Positions 1 through 12,247 of a stretch of DNA of 64,000 nucleotides are shown piece by piece (within the stretch, counting starts at the first letter, position 1; every line of letters begins with the position of its first letter). A model generated the notes under the pieces. That model was given only the letters and a program-made list of their open reading frames with translations. It was not told the DNA's origin and searched no databases. The DNA comes from Botryllus schlosseri. Taxonomy: Eukaryota. The stretch is from assembly GCA_051294905.1 (NCBI GenBank), contig CM119381.1, positions 7,874,001 to 7,938,000 on the forward strand, in the 5' to 3' direction. The position numbers were made by a program, and so were the translations under genes.

Positions 1-2568
1 CCTGTTGAAGATAGATGCTCGGAGGTGAAAAATATTGATTTGGCACGTGACAGCCTACCTATTCTAAGAACCCTGGGCGTTGAATGGTGTATTGAGTCCG
101 ACAGTTTCATGTTTCGGGTTTCAGTGAAGGAAAGACCCTTCACTAGGCGTGGTTTACTTGGAACTGTTTGCAGTATTTATGATCCGTGTGGCTATTTAGC
201 TCCTCTGGTTTTGGAAGGAAAGCTCATCCTTCAAAGTATGGTAAAGGATAAAAAAGACTGGATTGAAGCTTTGCCAGCTGATCTAAAGCCACGTTGGGAG
301 AAATGGATCAGTGAACTGCCACTTATTTCAGAATTGAAAGTGAGAAGATGCTTCAAACCAGAAGGTTTCGGTGATATTAAGAAAGCCGAATTGCATCATT
401 TCAGTGATGCTTCAAATAAGGCATATGGACAATGCTCATATTTGCGTCTTATTGATGACAATAACAATATCCATTGTTCCTTTGTTATTGGAAAGTCGAG
501 AGTGGCACCCTTGAAATTTGTGACAGTACCGCGATTGGAATTAACTGCCGCTGTGGTTTCTGTGCGTGTTGGAAAGATGTTACAAGACGAGTTGGAATAT
601 GAGCATTTGACAGAAACTTATTGGACAGACAGTTCAGTTGTTTTGGGATATATTTCGAACGAGTCTAAAAGATTCCATACTTACATTGCGAATCGTGTGG
701 AAGAAATTCGAAGCCACAGTCAGACCAATGATTGGCTTCATGTGCCGACAAAGGATAATGTTGCTGACGATGCATCGAGAGGACTGACTGCAAAGGAACT
801 GACGAATCAGTGCCGGTATTTGAATGGTCCAAGTTTTTTGTGGAGGTCATTACCTGCTGACTCGAAGAGCTCAAATGAATTTTCTGCGTTGAATGAAGAA
901 GATCCAGAAGTTAGGAAAGCAACTGTTTTGACAACTAAAGGAGAAGTTGAGTTGCCAGATCTTCTTGAAAAGATGTGTTATCATTCATCGTGGCCGAAAG
1001 TTCTTCTTTTCACAGCGGTTATGAAAAGATTTATCAAGTATTGGAAAATCAAATTGGATGCCAGAAAGAGTAAGCTTTCACCCAATTATGATGAGATAAA
1101 AGCACCAGTATCAGTGCAAGAAATGAACGAAGCCAAATGTTGCGTAATCAAGTTGGTGCAGTATGATGTTTTCGAAGAAGAATTGAAGAACATTGAAACG
1201 CGTGTGGATGTTGGTGATGGAAGTACCGACAGGAGTGTGAAAGTAAAGAAATCTTCCTGTATGTACAAACTGCACCCGTTCGTGGATGCAGATGGATTGC
1301 TTCGTGTTGGAGGGAGATTGCTTTTGTCAAGTTTACCAGAAGGGTTGAAACACCCAGTCATACTACCGAAGAATCATCACTTGACAAAACTTATAATTCA
1401 ACACTACCATGAGAATACAAAACATCAAGGACGTGGAATCACACAAAATACAATACGAAATGCAGGATTTTAGATAATTGGAGCAACAAGAATGATTTCT
1501 CAGTACATTTCGAATTGTTGCACCTGTTGCAGACTGCGAGGACAAGTATTGCAGCAGAAGATGGCTGATTTGCCCGCCGACAGAATCGAAGTGGAGGCAC
1601 CTTTCAGTTATTGCGGTTTGGATATTTTTGGACCATGGATCATCAAGCAGGGTCGCAAAGAATTGAAAAGGTATGGTGTACTCTTTACCTGCTTGTCCAG
1701 CCGTGCTATCCGCATAGAGGTGGCCACCAGTTTGGAAACTGATAGCTTTTTGAATGCTTTACGTCGTTTTGTATGTCGTAATGGACCGGTACGTCAAATT
1801 CGTTGTGACAGAGGCTCTAACTTTGTTGGGGCATCCAGAGAGTTACAGCAAGCTTATAAGCTGATGAATCATGATAAAATTCAGAAGTCACTTTTGATGG
1901 ATGAGTGTGATTATTTCCCGTTCAAATTTAATGCGCCTTCAGCATCTTATCAAGGAGGAGTATGGGAAAGACAGATTCGTAGCTGTCGAGCTGTTCTTTC
2001 GTCTTTGTTAATGAAGAATGGTCACCAGTTGGATGAAGATTCGCTTCACACGTTCATGGTGGAAGCAGAAAATATTGTGAACAGCAGGCCGCTGACTGTG
2101 GAGAGCTTGACAAATCCAGATGGACTTGTGCCTTTGTCTCCACACAATATTTTGACTATGAAGACAAAATTGGTGTTACCACCACCCGGAATATTTGGGA
2201 AACCTGACATGTATTTGAGGAAACGTTGGCGTCGTGTTCAGCATTTATCGAATGAAGTTTGGCAAAGATGGCGGAAAGAGTATTTACAATCATTACAAGA
2301 ACGTCCAAAGTGGAACTCAACCCGTCGTGATTTGAAAGTTGATGATATAGTGATCATCGTTGATGACAACAGTCCCAGAAACTGTTGGAAAATGGCACGA
2401 ATCAACAAGGTTTACCCGAATGAAGATGGACATGTTCGCAGAGTTTTGTGTCGTGTCGCAAACTCCGCTCTTGATTCTAAGGGCAGAAGAACGAAAGATG
2501 CCTTGCTTCTGGAGCGACCGATTCAGAAGTTGATTTTACTGAAGAAGGCAGAAGAACAGGGACTATAG
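1..2568 (+). pseudogene. pol: BEL/Pao Pol (RT end, RNase H/Peptidase_A17 region, integrase) with one in-frame stop at 1471-1473
   Basis: Motifs LHHFSDAS, RLELTAA, YWTDSSVVL, H..H..CxxC zinc finger, GLDIFGP, DRGSNFVG, GGVWERQIR; ORFs 25-1473 and 1492-2568 are in the same frame. Confidence 0.92.
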
Positions 2569-2645
2569 CCCGACGAGGAGTTTTTTGTTTGCTGTTAAAC
2601 TGTTTGGTTTTGGTGTTAATGTTGTTTAGAAATGCAGTCATTTCT

Positions 2646-2655
2646 AGGGGGGGAA
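2646..2655 (+). other. Polypurine tract of BEL/Pao element
   Basis: AGGGGGGGAA immediately 5' of TGTAACG. Confidence 0.85.
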
Positions 2656-2996
2656 TGTAACGATAGCGTACCATCGTTGTTTAGAGGTACCAAGCCATGC
2701 GTGTGATTCTGATGTAAGCTGTGATCTTGGTCTGCTGTTGTTCATATTTAAGTGGCATATTTAGTAATTGTTTACCTTTCTGCAGGCATAATTGGTAATT
2801 AAGATCAATGATGTTAGTGTAGGAATGTTGCCGGAATAAATTGGTAAGATTTGCATTGTTAGATAGGACGCAGTAGGCTAGTATTGATTCTGTTTTTGTG
2901 TAGCTTTTAGTTCACCGTATCACTTCCGTATTTCCACTGCAAAAAGAAGATTCATGCGCCTTGGCTTTAGTCAACGAATATATTGAAGGATATACA
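2656..2996 (+). repeat. 3' LTR of BEL/Pao element
   Basis: Starts TGTAAC after PPT, ends TATACA; the partner LTR is outside the window, so the right end is inferred. Confidence 0.7.
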
Positions 2997-4337
2997 AGTG
3001 TGGATTTGGTTGTGGTACGCGTTGACTACCGGGAGCCTTGCTACGTAATTCGAGTTGATCTTGAAGAGCCGTAATATTAACATTTAAACAACGATCTTGG
3101 TTCGTCATGCGAAAAATATCTTTACTGTCGCAACACTCTGCACAAGATGTGTAAATTCCTTTCACACTCATAATAATACACTAACGGGATACCGGCGACA
3201 ACGTTTAACAACATCACTGACACTGAACATACGATGCCTGCTCAAGTAAAAATATCATTTTACTTTGGAGATCTGGCGTTTACTCAGTGTACCAATACAT
3301 ATTCTCTTGGTTATCTAGCTTTCCCTAGAGTAACAAAACCATTTTCATTATGAAATCCGACAAACACAGCTGACAATTTGGTATATCGAAATGCGTGTTT
3401 TGGAAATTTGAGAATAGTTTCCGACATGTCCGCAATGTCCAGGTTCGCGCTTTAGGTTTTCATGAGTCAAAGTGTCTGAATAAAACACCGCCTCGACTTG
3501 GGTAAATGTTTAACGCACAGATAACAGCGGTCGGAAATCGAGGAATTTACGTGTCCATCGGGTTAACAACACCGGGTTACTTGTGTTTACTATGTTTTAC
3601 CTCTCTTTATTGACCAACACATACAGCCCCATGCAGTTTGAAATCGGAAACCCCGAGAAAGTGTTAACCGGATCCGGATATCAACTCTGAATCGATAAAC
3701 CACACGCCACAACCTGTGTCTCTATGAAAATAACAAGACATCGCGCAAATCAAGTATACTTCGTGATTATGTACCCACACACCGTGATTTAGCTTAATAT
3801 GTAGTTTAGAAAATCTGTTTATTAATGTGTATCAAAATCATCGTCTTCTTTGTACGGCGTTACTGTGTCTCATTTTCGTGGATTCGTGTTAAATTGGACT
3901 GAAGTTTGATTTAAACGGACGGATGCAGCGACAATGGATTATGTGTGTCCAGCTACTTACCGAGGCTATACATAAAAGTGAAGCCGATTTCCCTGATCCT
4001 GCCATCAAAGAGTGGTATCATCGCCGCACCCATAAGAATAACGATATATCATTGTCGCACTCACCGTAAACGTTAGGATTACTTCAAATTGGTCATATAT
4101 AATAATTTGCGATATAGACAATAACTAAGTACCAATCATGTGACTATTTGCCATACCTGATACATATTCAACACCGGTCGAAAGATGTCTAGAAGTACGA
4201 TATGCCGACGCACCCATTAGAACCAATGGCGATGTGCCAGAGATCGCGTAAGAATACATGACAGACACATCATCGCCGCAGCCTATACGCGAAAGTACGA
4301 CGTGCGACAGATGCCTATACCTAAAAGTACGATGTGC

Positions 4338-7153
4338 CACTATAGAGTATGACTGGAGTGACGACTCGATTGTTCTCCCATTGTTAGCCGGCAGAATGGT
4401 CACGGTCAGATGGCTGCACCCAAAACACTATCGCTCAGTGCTTGTTTCTATGGCGTTCAAGGCGATTCGTCGTGTATTTCTTGAAGTTGCGTCGGATTTA
4501 GTTGGACAGTTCAACATTTAGGTAGCGGTGGCGAGTCGTTATGATTAGTGAATATTACCGTGTAACCTATGTTACATTTCTCACGAGATTTATGTGATAT
4601 TCTGGCTTTGATCCTTTACAGAGTTTGCTACGTATATAAATATAATGACAGAAGGTATATAGAACATATGGTTCGTGTGCATTGGCTAGTGTGAGATGAA
4701 TTCATGGAAAGGACGACCGAAGAATACTACAAAGTGAACAAGAGGAAAGATCTTGAACTATATCGATATGCAGTTCACAATATCTTTGATTGAAAATATG
4801 TCCTATATTAACTGCAGAAATTCAAGTATGAATATAACAAATAACATCGCAATAGTCTTGTATGCCTGTTCGATAACCACAGAAACTTAAGGATGACTAG
4901 AACCAGAGCCTCGTGTAATGTTAATGTTCTGCTTGATCTCGATTCACAATAGTCAGAGCTTACTCCTTGGAAGTATGCAAAATCGCACTTGAATGGAACT
5001 CGTTGGCATTACCAAAAATACAAGAATAACCTGGAATTCGCTTGGAAAACCTCTTCTGGTCGACATTAGTAGAAAGCCAATGCACCACGTCAAGGTTTCG
5101 ACCAACGCATTGGTTTCCTTTTTTAGGTAGGGAATCTAAATGTGGATAGGCAGCATTTTCCACAGAGAGAAAAAACGACCATACTAACACTACCGGAAAC
5201 TACATTAGCTTCATTTGCTGCATCTTTTCTTAGTCATGGGTTCCTGGCAGACTTTTTATCACCATAGGCATATGTTGTATCGGCACCCTTCCCTCTCTTT
5301 ATAGCCTTACGCTGGTATAAGGCATTTACTGAGTAACTGACTTGGCTAATATCTGGATTCCTGCTGTATCTCATCGAAGACCGCAGTTAAAAAGGCAATC
5401 ATTAATTCAGGTTAACATTCGTGAATAATATTAATGACTGTCAACTGAAGTTATCAAAGATCCAAATGGTGCTTCCAGAACATCTTGTGTTAGGACTCTG
5501 AAAGATACTGATTCCATTACACCATTCAAAAGCCGAATTGTCAGCTTGACCATGTTCTTGGTTCATATTTGTATAGAACTCTGAACTTAGTGTTCACTTT
5601 TGGCCTTCTTGAAATTGGATGTAAATTTCACCGACTTGTTACTAGTGGTAACTAGAGTGGAGCCACATATAGTCGAGGGGGGGTTATAATGGGACCTATG
5701 AACATGGAAGTAATTCCTGCCAAAAATCTCAACATTTGTAACAGATATGCTGGAAAATATAAGAATATTTCACTCTACTCAGAATTGCTTCGCGGGCCGG
5801 ATGAAATCGTCTGGCGGGCCGTATCTTTGACACCCCTGCTTTTTTCAAGCTATCTCGCAAACATTTGGAAAATGTGGAAGACTTTTTCTGCTTCTCATGC
5901 AATGCAAACTTCGCAAAATTGTGAGAACAGATGTTATTCAAGTGTTTCATTGCCTTGTCCATGACATCCTCAACCTCATTTACGTCTGAACCAGATTGAA
6001 GTGATACAGTATGAATCAATTTGTTATAGAATGGATCACATTGAATTGCCTCAAGTACCCTGAAAAAAAATATCTTTTTCATGGGATTTGTCATTTCTTT
6101 ACTGTGGATAACATATAAGCGGAGAACCATGCCATGAAACTGTTCAGACGGGCTCTTCAATCCACCGTCTTTCTTCTGCATCACTTTAATGAGGTTTCCC
6201 GATGGCGCTGCAGTTGCTAGGCAGGTGGCAATTGCTTCGTTGGCTTGCTTAGAAATGGCTCCCAAAAGCACTCCACCAATATATTCAAGTATGTCTAAAA
6301 ACACGTCAAAGTTTTTCCATGGAAAGGCAAAGTATAGGCTATTTACTTACCAGATTCCTAGCTGTTGACTCCTCCAATCTATGTGATTGGATGCTGTTCT
6401 TTACCGCAGACGAGAGAATCAAAAATCTTCAAAAGTAAGGCTGAAGCTGGCAATTGTGGCAAACCCAAAAACTTCTGAGGTTAATGGCAGATATTAGAAT
6501 AATGTTGATAAAATCCGTCAACACCAAGTTTACAATATTCAGAATGGAGTTTTTCCACCAATGGAACAGCTTTGGTCATGTCTAGTTCCTCGAATGATGG
6601 GGCGCATTCAAAGTATTTTTTGCTATTTACACAAAACCTCTTTAAAACAGCAATTACAGCATCAGATATATTCCAATTACTAGCGAGAACTTTATGATTT
6701 TTGTAATGTTTCTTCAAAGCTTTCACAGTAGGAAAGGATGCTTCGCATTCCTCACAAAACACACCTTTCCAGTTATTGAGTCCTTCGAAACATTCTTCAA
6801 TTTCCATTTCAGTTAATCCCTCCCAGCCATCCCCAAAGGCCAAAGTGATGCGGCCGAATCAGCCATGATACCGACTCTATGCGTGACGAAGTATGATCTA
6901 ATTCTGGCGAAAACTATAACAGAGGCTACACGGTATTATTCACTAGTCATAACGACTCGCCACCGCTACCTAAATGTTGAACTGTCTAACTAAATCCGAC
7001 GCAGCTTCAAGAAATACACGACGAATCGCCTCTAACGCCATAGAAACAAGCACTGAGCGATCCTGTTTTGGGTGCAGCCATCTGACCGTGACCATTCTAC
7101 CGGCTAACAATGGGGGAACAATCGAGTCGTCACTCCAGTCATACTCTATAGTG
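4338..7153 (-). mobile_element. Decayed DNA transposon with 231-bp terminal inverted repeats (CACTATAG...CTATAGTG), superfamily uncertain
   Basis: 4338-4568 is the reverse complement of 6923-7153 without indels; internal minus-strand ORF remnants; no clean TSD. Confidence 0.75.
5729..6843 (-). pseudogene. Fragmented ORF of the TIR element: C2H2 zinc finger (CEECEASF..LKKHYKNH) plus GGLKSPS-containing domain, probable transposase remnant
   Basis: ORFs 6481-6843 and 5729-6304; GGLxxPS resembles the C-terminal region of P/THAP9-type transposases (weak). Confidence 0.45.
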
Positions 7154-7389
7154 CCACCACGAGTTTTCAATGCGATGTGCGAGAGATGCCTATACCTGAA
7201 AGTACGACATGCGACCGCACCCATAAGAACCAATGGCGATGTGCCAGCGATAGGGGGGTCAAGAAGGGTACCATCATCACCCCCGGTTTTCAGGCACCTC
7301 ACCACCCCGCCCATAAGAGCCCCAGGCACACCCAGGCCGATCTACTATACTACTTATACAGCATCCCAGCGTTTGGTGTGGTGTGCTGG

Positions 7390-7963
7390 CTCTACCCGCT
7401 TCAGAGTTTAACCGTGCTATTTTTGTTTCTGTCCTCCGTTTTACAGGGTCCTTTGTACATGAGACTGTTTCGTGAACATTATTTCCTTTTGGCCGTAAAA
7501 GCGCCATGTTTGATTTCACCGATTGCAGCCATGGGCGTGGTGCAGTTGATACCAGGTGGACGTCGCTACGTCAGAGACACGTTTATCATACATGTCGCAA
7601 TTCACAGGCCTCGAGAAAATTCTTATTTTTACCGCCAGACTCCGCAATTTTTCGTTTCAGAACATGATTTTCTTCCACTCAAATTCGAATTACATGAAAC
7701 CTTTTCCTGTTTCCCTCGAAACATGACGTTAACGTGCTCCATTTTAATAGTGAATTCTCCCATATCCTCTTACGGGCTTGACAAAGTAAATTGTTCGAGC
7801 TACATTTTGACATTTCAGGCAAACTTATTACATTGGTACTGCAGTTCAAATTTCTCAGCGATACAGCGTTATCGCAACTCAGGACGTTGTAATTTGGAAT
7901 TATACGCCGTCCGTTGTTTACTACTTCTAGAAGTGTACATGTTTGCGCGCCTAGATAGAGGAA
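7390..7963 (-). pseudogene. Ty1/copia relic, start of RT (left flank of element A)
   Basis: LLRPKGNNV...KIARL in ORF 7277-7519 matches the copia LVxRPxGxNVxxxKW...KARL pattern; heavily decayed. Confidence 0.45.
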
Positions 7964-7968
7964 GTGGT

Positions 7969-8491
7969 TTTAACGAAATATATTGGTATAACGCCATTTT
8001 AATAATAATCAATAAGGAGTTGGTAAACCTTACGTAATTCCCTGAACTGAGACCTGATAACTGATAAGACCTTTGTGAGTCGTATATTTTGTCGTGTGAA
8101 CGTGGATAACAAAGTATGAAATCGTACGATGTTTTGGTGCATGAAACTCTCTCGTGGCTACTCGAGATATGCGTAGGTAATACCACGGAGAGACATTGAT
8201 TCACATTCATTCAATATTATTTCGCTGATTCGGAACTCGATTGCATTGCCGTACGTACCTGATTCAATAAAGTTACAAGTCGTGGAGACAGAAACAAAAT
8301 ATATTCGTCAGTGTGATCCATCGAATACGTGTGCAATAGACAGGCTTTGTGGTAAATCAATCAGCCAACAAGGCCGTACGGCGTGGTTACGCCGGTCGTC
8401 GAACGTAAGGGAACACGCAGCGAATCGTAACCGCAACCTTCTGTAGTCAATTATACAATTATACAACTACAAACATTCGCTCTGCGTTACA
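7969..8491 (+). repeat. 5' LTR of element A
   Basis: About 95% identical by eye to 45618-46122; ends GCGTTACA. Confidence 0.93.
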
Positions 8492-8507
8492 TGTTGACCT
8501 CCGACGT
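8492..8507 (+). other. Primer binding site, tRNA-Trp-like (degenerate)
   Basis: TGTTGACCTCCGACGT versus TGGTGACCCCGACGT, the complement of the eukaryotic tRNA-Trp 3' end; directly follows the LTR. Confidence 0.7.
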
Positions 8508-9086
8508 TCAATAATCAAGACCGACCGAAGACAATCATTATAAAAATTCGCCTTGCACGACGGTGAGAAGGATCAATCAGCAATAGAGTGACGGGGACAT
8601 CAAAAGTCATCGCGACGTTCTCGCAAGAAGAATTGACAACGAAGAGCGCCTGCGCAGAAGATACGGTGGATTGTAACATATTTTGAAGTTGAGTAGCATT
8701 CCCGGAGAGGGGTTTGCATTTTATTTCAGGTTTCAAAGACGGTGGACTGTTTATTTAACTGCCTAATTATCAGAAATAATTCTTTGAGTCATGTCAGAGA
8801 GTCGAGATATGTTGTAATTGTGTATTGTGTTATGAATATTCCATACCCGATTGAATAAGTTACTCTAATTTCTAGTATTTCGGTGTAGATTACAGGTGGC
8901 TTACTGTAATTTTGTTTTCTCAGCGATATAGCCAATAATTCGTGCTAGAATCTGAGCAGTTATTTGCTGCGGAATATTCGTCTGTGTGCAGTGCGACATT
9001 TGCGTGTACGGGCAACGGAAAAGGTCATCATGTTCAATTCTCGCATGAGCAATTGCTATTCACTGTGATAAGTGGAAGTAGAATTT

Positions 9087-11045
9087 ATGAAATTGCGTAG
9101 TGGTATATCGTACCCGTCAAAATGTGATACCGATATGTCTAAAGAAGGTAGATTGGAACTTGATGCCTTAGATAAGACGTTGGCAATGTTTAGAGATGTA
9201 CCTAATCCGTCGGCTAAAGAGGAGAAAAAGCCGAGGTCCTCGGACTCGGATGTGTTGGGTGCGCGGTTGAATAAGGGGCAGTTGAAAAGTGAACCAAAAT
9301 CGGAACGCGTCCATAGATCCGTTTCCCATGTAAACGAGGGGGAGCTCGGTGCTGTGGGCGGGGTGAAACCGAGTGCTTCTCCGTTGAGCGATGTTGATAG
9401 GTTGGGGGATGAAACGTCCGGTAATGAAAGTAGCGCATCGGAGCCTTTCGATATGTGGGGCCAGTCGCATGGGGCGCCTAGGCAACAAACATTGCATGAC
9501 GCACATAACACAAATATTCGCGAGTTAAGTGATGGGAACAATGTAAAGCACCTAATTTTTTTTTTATGGGGGCAGACGCAATGTACGAGCCACCTCGTAA
9601 ACATAATTTCGGCAAGAAGAGTAAACAGCAATTTCGGCGAGAAGAGTAAACAGCAAGCTAAATTAACAATGGACAGCGGAGTGCGCAGGAAACCCCCAAG
9701 TGTTATTCCGAGACCCATAATTCCGAGACCCAGAACAGGGAGACAGAGTATCCGTTCAGAAAGCCCAAGAGTGAGTAGAGATCCATCTCCCCGGAAACGC
9801 AGGTGTACTGGTTTGAGACGAGTTGAAGTGCCAGAACATTTAACAGGGCGCAGTTCACAAGCTCAGGAGGCAGAATTTAGGCACATTGAAACTCCAAGAG
9901 CACGTAGACAATGCCGCGAGCGTAATGCAGAAGTACGCAGTGTTAAAATCCAGAGGTTTACTGAAGCGAGGGAAGAATCAAGCGACGAGGAGCCTGTGCC
10001 CACATGCCGAACGGTAGTTGCGGATCAAAGAGACAGAGCGAGGGTCAGGCGGTACAGCAGTGAAGGGGAAACTAGTGACAGCGAACCGGTGGCTAGAAGA
10101 AGAGGCAGAAGGTGCGAGATAACTATCAATAGACCTTTTAACAAGCAGGAGCCGGCGCGGTATTTCAGAATCCTAGAACATCAGCTCGAGGGCGAGAATG
10201 TACGGTCGCAAAAATCTAAATATATCATTTTGCTGAGGAACTTGAATGACGCGCACTGTGCCGCTATTGACGGAAGTATTCCTAGCTCACATGATCCTAA
10301 TTGCTACGATTTGCTTAAAAAAGTTTTGTTTTACCGTTTTGAGGTTCCGATTACTAAGAAGATAAATAACTTTTATGCCGAGGCAGTTCCGGGCATGAAC
10401 CCCAGAGATCTGAAATCGCTGATTAATGCATGCACGGGTTCCGACAATTCACCTTATATCGGGGGCAAGCGCCACATGTTCTTGCAATATTGCAGACCCG
10501 ACATCGCTTTCACATTACGTGGATATAATACATATGATTTTGATACAATGTGTCAACGCGCGGTTGATCTGTTTAATGGGGGGTCAAATCAGAATAGCAG
10601 CTCTATTGAAACTAATGAGGTCAGCGTGGTAAAACAGGAAAAGAAGCGCGTGGTTAAATCTGAGGACGATACGCAGTGTAGCGAGTCTGTAAGTAAGCAA
10701 CTTGCTAGAATGGAGAAGGAAATGGGAGAAATGAAGGTAGCTTCTGTGAAAGTGCAACCAAAGGGAGTTAGTGAGAGTCCTGCAAATGAGACGTCGAGGA
10801 GTGATGCTGGATCAGGAGGAGGTAGCAATTTGTACCAAGGTCGCACATGGCAGGACCGTCCTGAGTCAAGCCGCGGGCGCGGAAGAGGTTATTACCGTGG
10901 TCGCGGACGGGGGTATTATCGTGGCGGTAATGTTGGTGCTGGAAGCGGGAGTAATACCGAATGGATATGCCAGAATCATCATTGGTATGGTGATCGGAGC
11001 TATTCATGCTATCCCGGGTGTAAATATTACAATTACAGTTCGTGA
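9087..11045 (+). CDS. gag: Gag of element A (long basic N-terminus, capsid domain, RG-rich tract, CHCC zinc finger)
   Basis: Open ~650-aa ORF; PFNKQEPARYF...YDLLKKVL capsid pattern; C-terminal CQNH-X9-C-YPG-C is the CX2HX9CX3C finger typical of CsRn1-clade elements. Confidence 0.85.
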   Translation: MKLRSGISYPSKCDTDMSKEGRLELDALDKTLAMFRDVPNPSAKEEKKPRSSDSDVLGARLNKGQLKSEPKSERVHRSVSHVNEGELGAVGGVKPSASPLSDVDRLGDETSGNESSASEPFDMWGQSHGAPRQQTLHDAHNTNIRELSDGNNVKHLIFFLWGQTQCTSHLVNIISARRVNSNFGEKSKQQAKLTMDSGVRRKPPSVIPRPIIPRPRTGRQSIRSESPRVSRDPSPRKRRCTGLRRVEVPEHLTGRSSQAQEAEFRHIETPRARRQCRERNAEVRSVKIQRFTEAREESSDEEPVPTCRTVVADQRDRARVRRYSSEGETSDSEPVARRRGRRCEITINRPFNKQEPARYFRILEHQLEGENVRSQKSKYIILLRNLNDAHCAAIDGSIPSSHDPNCYDLLKKVLFYRFEVPITKKINNFYAEAVPGMNPRDLKSLINACTGSDNSPYIGGKRHMFLQYCRPDIAFTLRGYNTYDFDTMCQRAVDLFNGGSNQNSSSIETNEVSVVKQEKKRVVKSEDDTQCSESVSKQLARMEKEMGEMKVASVKVQPKGVSESPANETSRSDAGSGGGSNLYQGRTWQDRPESSRGRGRGYYRGRGRGYYRGGNVGAGSGSNTEWICQNHHWYGDRSYSCYPGCKYYNYSS

Positions 11046-11264
11046 CTGTCCGGCCGTGTTTTCCGTCCGTCCAAGTGGTCCAAGTATTAATTCTTTTGAT
11101 TTTGAGTATCTGGCTTATGCGTTTGATAAATTAAATGGTTTGAATTTCTTTAGTGACAGTGGTTCCATGATTTCTAATTTACCAGCGAGTGAACATGTGA
11201 TTCGGCACTATACGCCGAAATGGCAATTTCGGGGAGCAAATGGTCCCGTGATTGATGCGTATGG
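11044..11264 (+). pseudogene. pol: Element A aspartic protease, N-terminal half
   Basis: FFSDSGSMIS active-site-like motif and GANG; rejoins in frame with 12248 after removing the hAT and one TSD (IDAYG|TKTL). Confidence 0.8.
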
Positions 11265-12239
11265 CAGTGTTGGGATGACTCGAGTCATGACTTGACTCGA
11301 GTCAGACTCGAGTCACCTTTTTCGTATGACTTGACTTGATTCGAGTCACTTTGGTAAAATGACTTGACTTGACTTGACTCGGCGTATCAGAAATGTGAAT
11401 TGACTCGTGACTCGGAGCAAAATTCACGAGTCAATTTCAAGTCATCTAGTAATCAGTGTCGATAACAAAAACTGTATCTTGCATATGTTCGGATTGTCCG
11501 CGAAACGCTGGTGTAACCCGTGAGAACGACCAATCACTCAATGATCGTGCGTGTTACTGAGCCTTCATGGTTCACTCACAAATAAATTGACCGCAAACGA
11601 AGTGATCAAAGCTAACGGCTTACGTTGTCGTAAACTAGTAGTAATGTAATTTAGTAGGAGAATGTCTACTTCTGTTCTCTGTTCTTACCAGAACCAAACT
11701 TCTTATTTTATTGAAATCGAATTCGAATATAATTTATATAGGTCCTAGTCCTAAACCACTGGCGCCGGCTCGAATTGTTTCATATCAATTTGTAAATGGA
11801 TAGTGTATTGCATCGTATCAATCCGTTTCTCTAGTCTCTATTTTGGCTGGTAACTATAAACTTAGGATATGCAATTACCTACGTAGTTTACCATTTCTAA
11901 GTATAGGTGAGCGATACAGCGCCTTCTTGCGTGTACATTTAACTCTATATTCGTTCAACGGTTCGGAATCAATGACCACTCAATCTGTATTTCAGACAGA
12001 TCACAAAATGCAATGACGTAATCATGCCTCATACTTCGAAAAGGCAACTTGACTTGAATTGTGACTTGACTCGTGACTTGACTTGACTCGACTTGACTCG
12101 AGTCACCTCCAAAAATCGAGTGACTTGACTTGACTCGAGTCACCTTCGAAAATCCATTGACTTGACTTGACTCGAGTCAGAATGTGCAATGACTCGAAAT
12201 GACTCGTGACTCGAAGGTACTGACTTGATCCCAACACTG
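11265..12239. mobile_element. Non-autonomous hAT transposon (975 bp)
   Basis: 12-bp TIR CAGTGTTGGGAT/ATCCCAACACTG; perfect 8-bp TSD GCGTATGG (11257-11264, 12240-12247); subterminal GACTC/GAGTC/GACTT arrays. Confidence 0.93.
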
Positions 12240-12247
12240 GCGTATGG

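Larger units (their letters stand above)
1..2996 (+). mobile_element. BEL/Pao LTR retrotransposon, 3' part (runs off left edge)
   Basis: Pao-type pol followed by PPT and a TG...CA LTR (TGTAACG at 2656, TATACA at 2996). Confidence 0.93.

Noticed and set aside
2971-3171. Short protein-like ORF at the BEL insertion site
   Set aside because: 66 aa, overlaps the LTR end, no motif.
7177-8037. 286-aa ORF on the plus strand
   Set aside because: Runs across a repeat, the antisense copia relic and the LTR boundary; no coherent domain, so likely a chance chimera.
7869-8210. Repeated ORF MNVNQCLSVV... (also 45584-45859)
   Set aside because: Just the two LTR copies; the frames diverge outside the LTR.
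8492-8507. tRNA-like sequences here and at 46853
   Set aside because: Only 16-18-nt primer binding sites, not tRNA genes.
9056-9718. 220-aa antisense ORF to gag (also 26019-26591, 14686-15003, 33019-33438)
   Set aside because: Shadow frames of real ORFs with no motifs.
11277-11440. Short repeat array resembling CRISPR
   Set aside because: Pentamer repeats without unique spacers, no cas genes, eukaryotic context; explained as hAT subterminal repeats.
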